From: an uncultured Clostridia bacterium
Lineage (GTDB): Bacteria > Acidobacteriota > Aminicenantia > UBA2199
DNA length: 64,000 bases
Direction: 5' to 3'
Assembly (NCBI GenBank): GCA_964491915.1
Contig: CAZBHS010000027.1
Span: 2,694-66,693, forward strand
Positions within the stretch are counted from its first letter, which is position 1. Each line of letters opens with the position of its first letter. The notes below the pieces were generated by a model. That model saw only the letters and a program-made list of their open reading frames with translations, was not told the DNA's origin and did no database searches. A program made the translations under genes and the position numbers. Of this stretch, positions 63,380-64,000 are shown piece after piece.

Positions 63380-63674
63380 TTTCTCCGGCGGTGATATACT
63401 GCTCCAGCGGACGGAACACACGGATCCCCAACGCTTTCAAACTCTCGAGCGCCCGGAGTCCCATGCCATTGCACACCACAGTATCCACTTCCAATTCTTT
63501 AAGAGTATGAACCGGCATGCATTGACCGTGGTCCTCATGGTCACTGGAATTATCCACTACCCGGACATTTTTGTCGCTATCGTCGTACACCAAAAATAAG
63601 GGCGCGCTACCAAAATGGCCCGACACTTTCGATTGAATATCATTATCTTCTACAACAGGAATACAAAGTTTCAT
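63306..63674 (-). CDS. NifB/NifX-family (dinitrogenase Fe-Mo cofactor-like domain) protein
   Basis: 122 aa with KVSGHFGSAPLFLVYD...VDTVVCNGMGLRALESLKALGIRVF. It overlaps the upstream DUF134 gene by 4 nt. Confidence 0.75.
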   Translation of the reverse strand: MKLCIPVVEDNDIQSKVSGHFGSAPLFLVYDDSDKNVRVVDNSSDHEDHGQCMPVHTLKELEVDTVVCNGMGLRALESLKALGIRVFRPLEQYITAGEIIQAAAEGKLQELAPQDACSHNHH

Positions 63675-64000
63675 GTTTTTTTCTCCTCATTTTCCGAATC
63701 ATGTTGCGACCAGCGTCTTCCGCACCCGTCCTTCTTGCACGTAAAAAGGTGTTCATCCAAAGCCACGGGACCACCTTCAATTTTTATCGCCTTCCCGTTC
63801 ACCAGGCAATCTGCGATCTTGCGGTGCGCACTGTTCAGAATGTTGCCGAATGTCTGCCGCGAAATATTCATGGACCTGGCGGCATCTTCCTGGTAAAGCC
63901 CTCCCAAATCCCTCAGGCGAACGGCCTCCAATTCATCCAGGGACAACGGCACCCACTCCAATTCCTTCAAAGGAGCGGACGCCGGCTTGTAAAACACTTC
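63671..64000 (-). CDS. DUF134 (UPF0251) predicted DNA-binding protein, 5' end cut by the window edge
   Basis: LSLDELEAVRLRDLGGLYQEDAARSMNISRQTFGNILNSAHRKIADCLVNGKAIKIEGG. The track start at 63997 is a GTG and the frame stays open to position 64000, so the N-terminus is probably outside the window. Confidence 0.7.
   Translation of the reverse strand, partial: EVFYKPASAPLKELEWVPLSLDELEAVRLRDLGGLYQEDAARSMNISRQTFGNILNSAHRKIADCLVNGKAIKIEGGPVALDEHLFTCKKDGCGRRWSQHDSENEEKKT

Overview
64-kb chromosomal window from a diderm (outer-membrane-bearing) bacterium. It is mid-GC by eye, with one visibly AT-richer insert. I support about 60 protein genes, two tRNAs (Phe-GAA, Thr-CGT), several promoters and terminators, and one integrative island. 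The housekeeping backbone is tatD, hisC, scpA/scpB, an M50 protease, gatC/gatA, htpG, mutL, def-fmt-rsmB, cutA, a galT-family gene, yraN, two AGCS alanine/Na+ symporters, split saccharopine-pathway genes and two DUF362 Fe-S paralogs. Three regions stand out. (1) 14.2-29.4 kb holds two diverged copies of a four-gene envelope module: a long GWxTD-TPR protein, a short GWxTD lipoprotein, a CarboxypepD_reg-TPR protein and an Oar-like TonB-dependent barrel. The copies lie as mirror images, and each barrel gene has a textbook sigma-54 promoter in the shared divergent spacer. (2) 7.9-8.8 kb is a 930-bp gene-free gap between convergent genes. It contains three TGTAAA-N5-TTTACA palindromes, a canonical sigma-54 promoter, a short structured transcript or 47-codon ORF, and a terminator. 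(3) 43.5-53.05 kb is a ~9.5-kb island integrated into tRNA-Thr(CGT). It is bounded by a 58-bp perfect repeat (~110 bp imperfect) and carries int/xis, two paralogous XRE regulators, phased ATGG(T)CAC repeats and uncharacterised cargo, including a permease fused to a degenerate ABC-ATPase-like domain. I saw no rRNA, CRISPR array, transposase or phage structural genes. All calls come from reading the sequence and translations by eye; no database search was run. Family names are motif-level recognitions.
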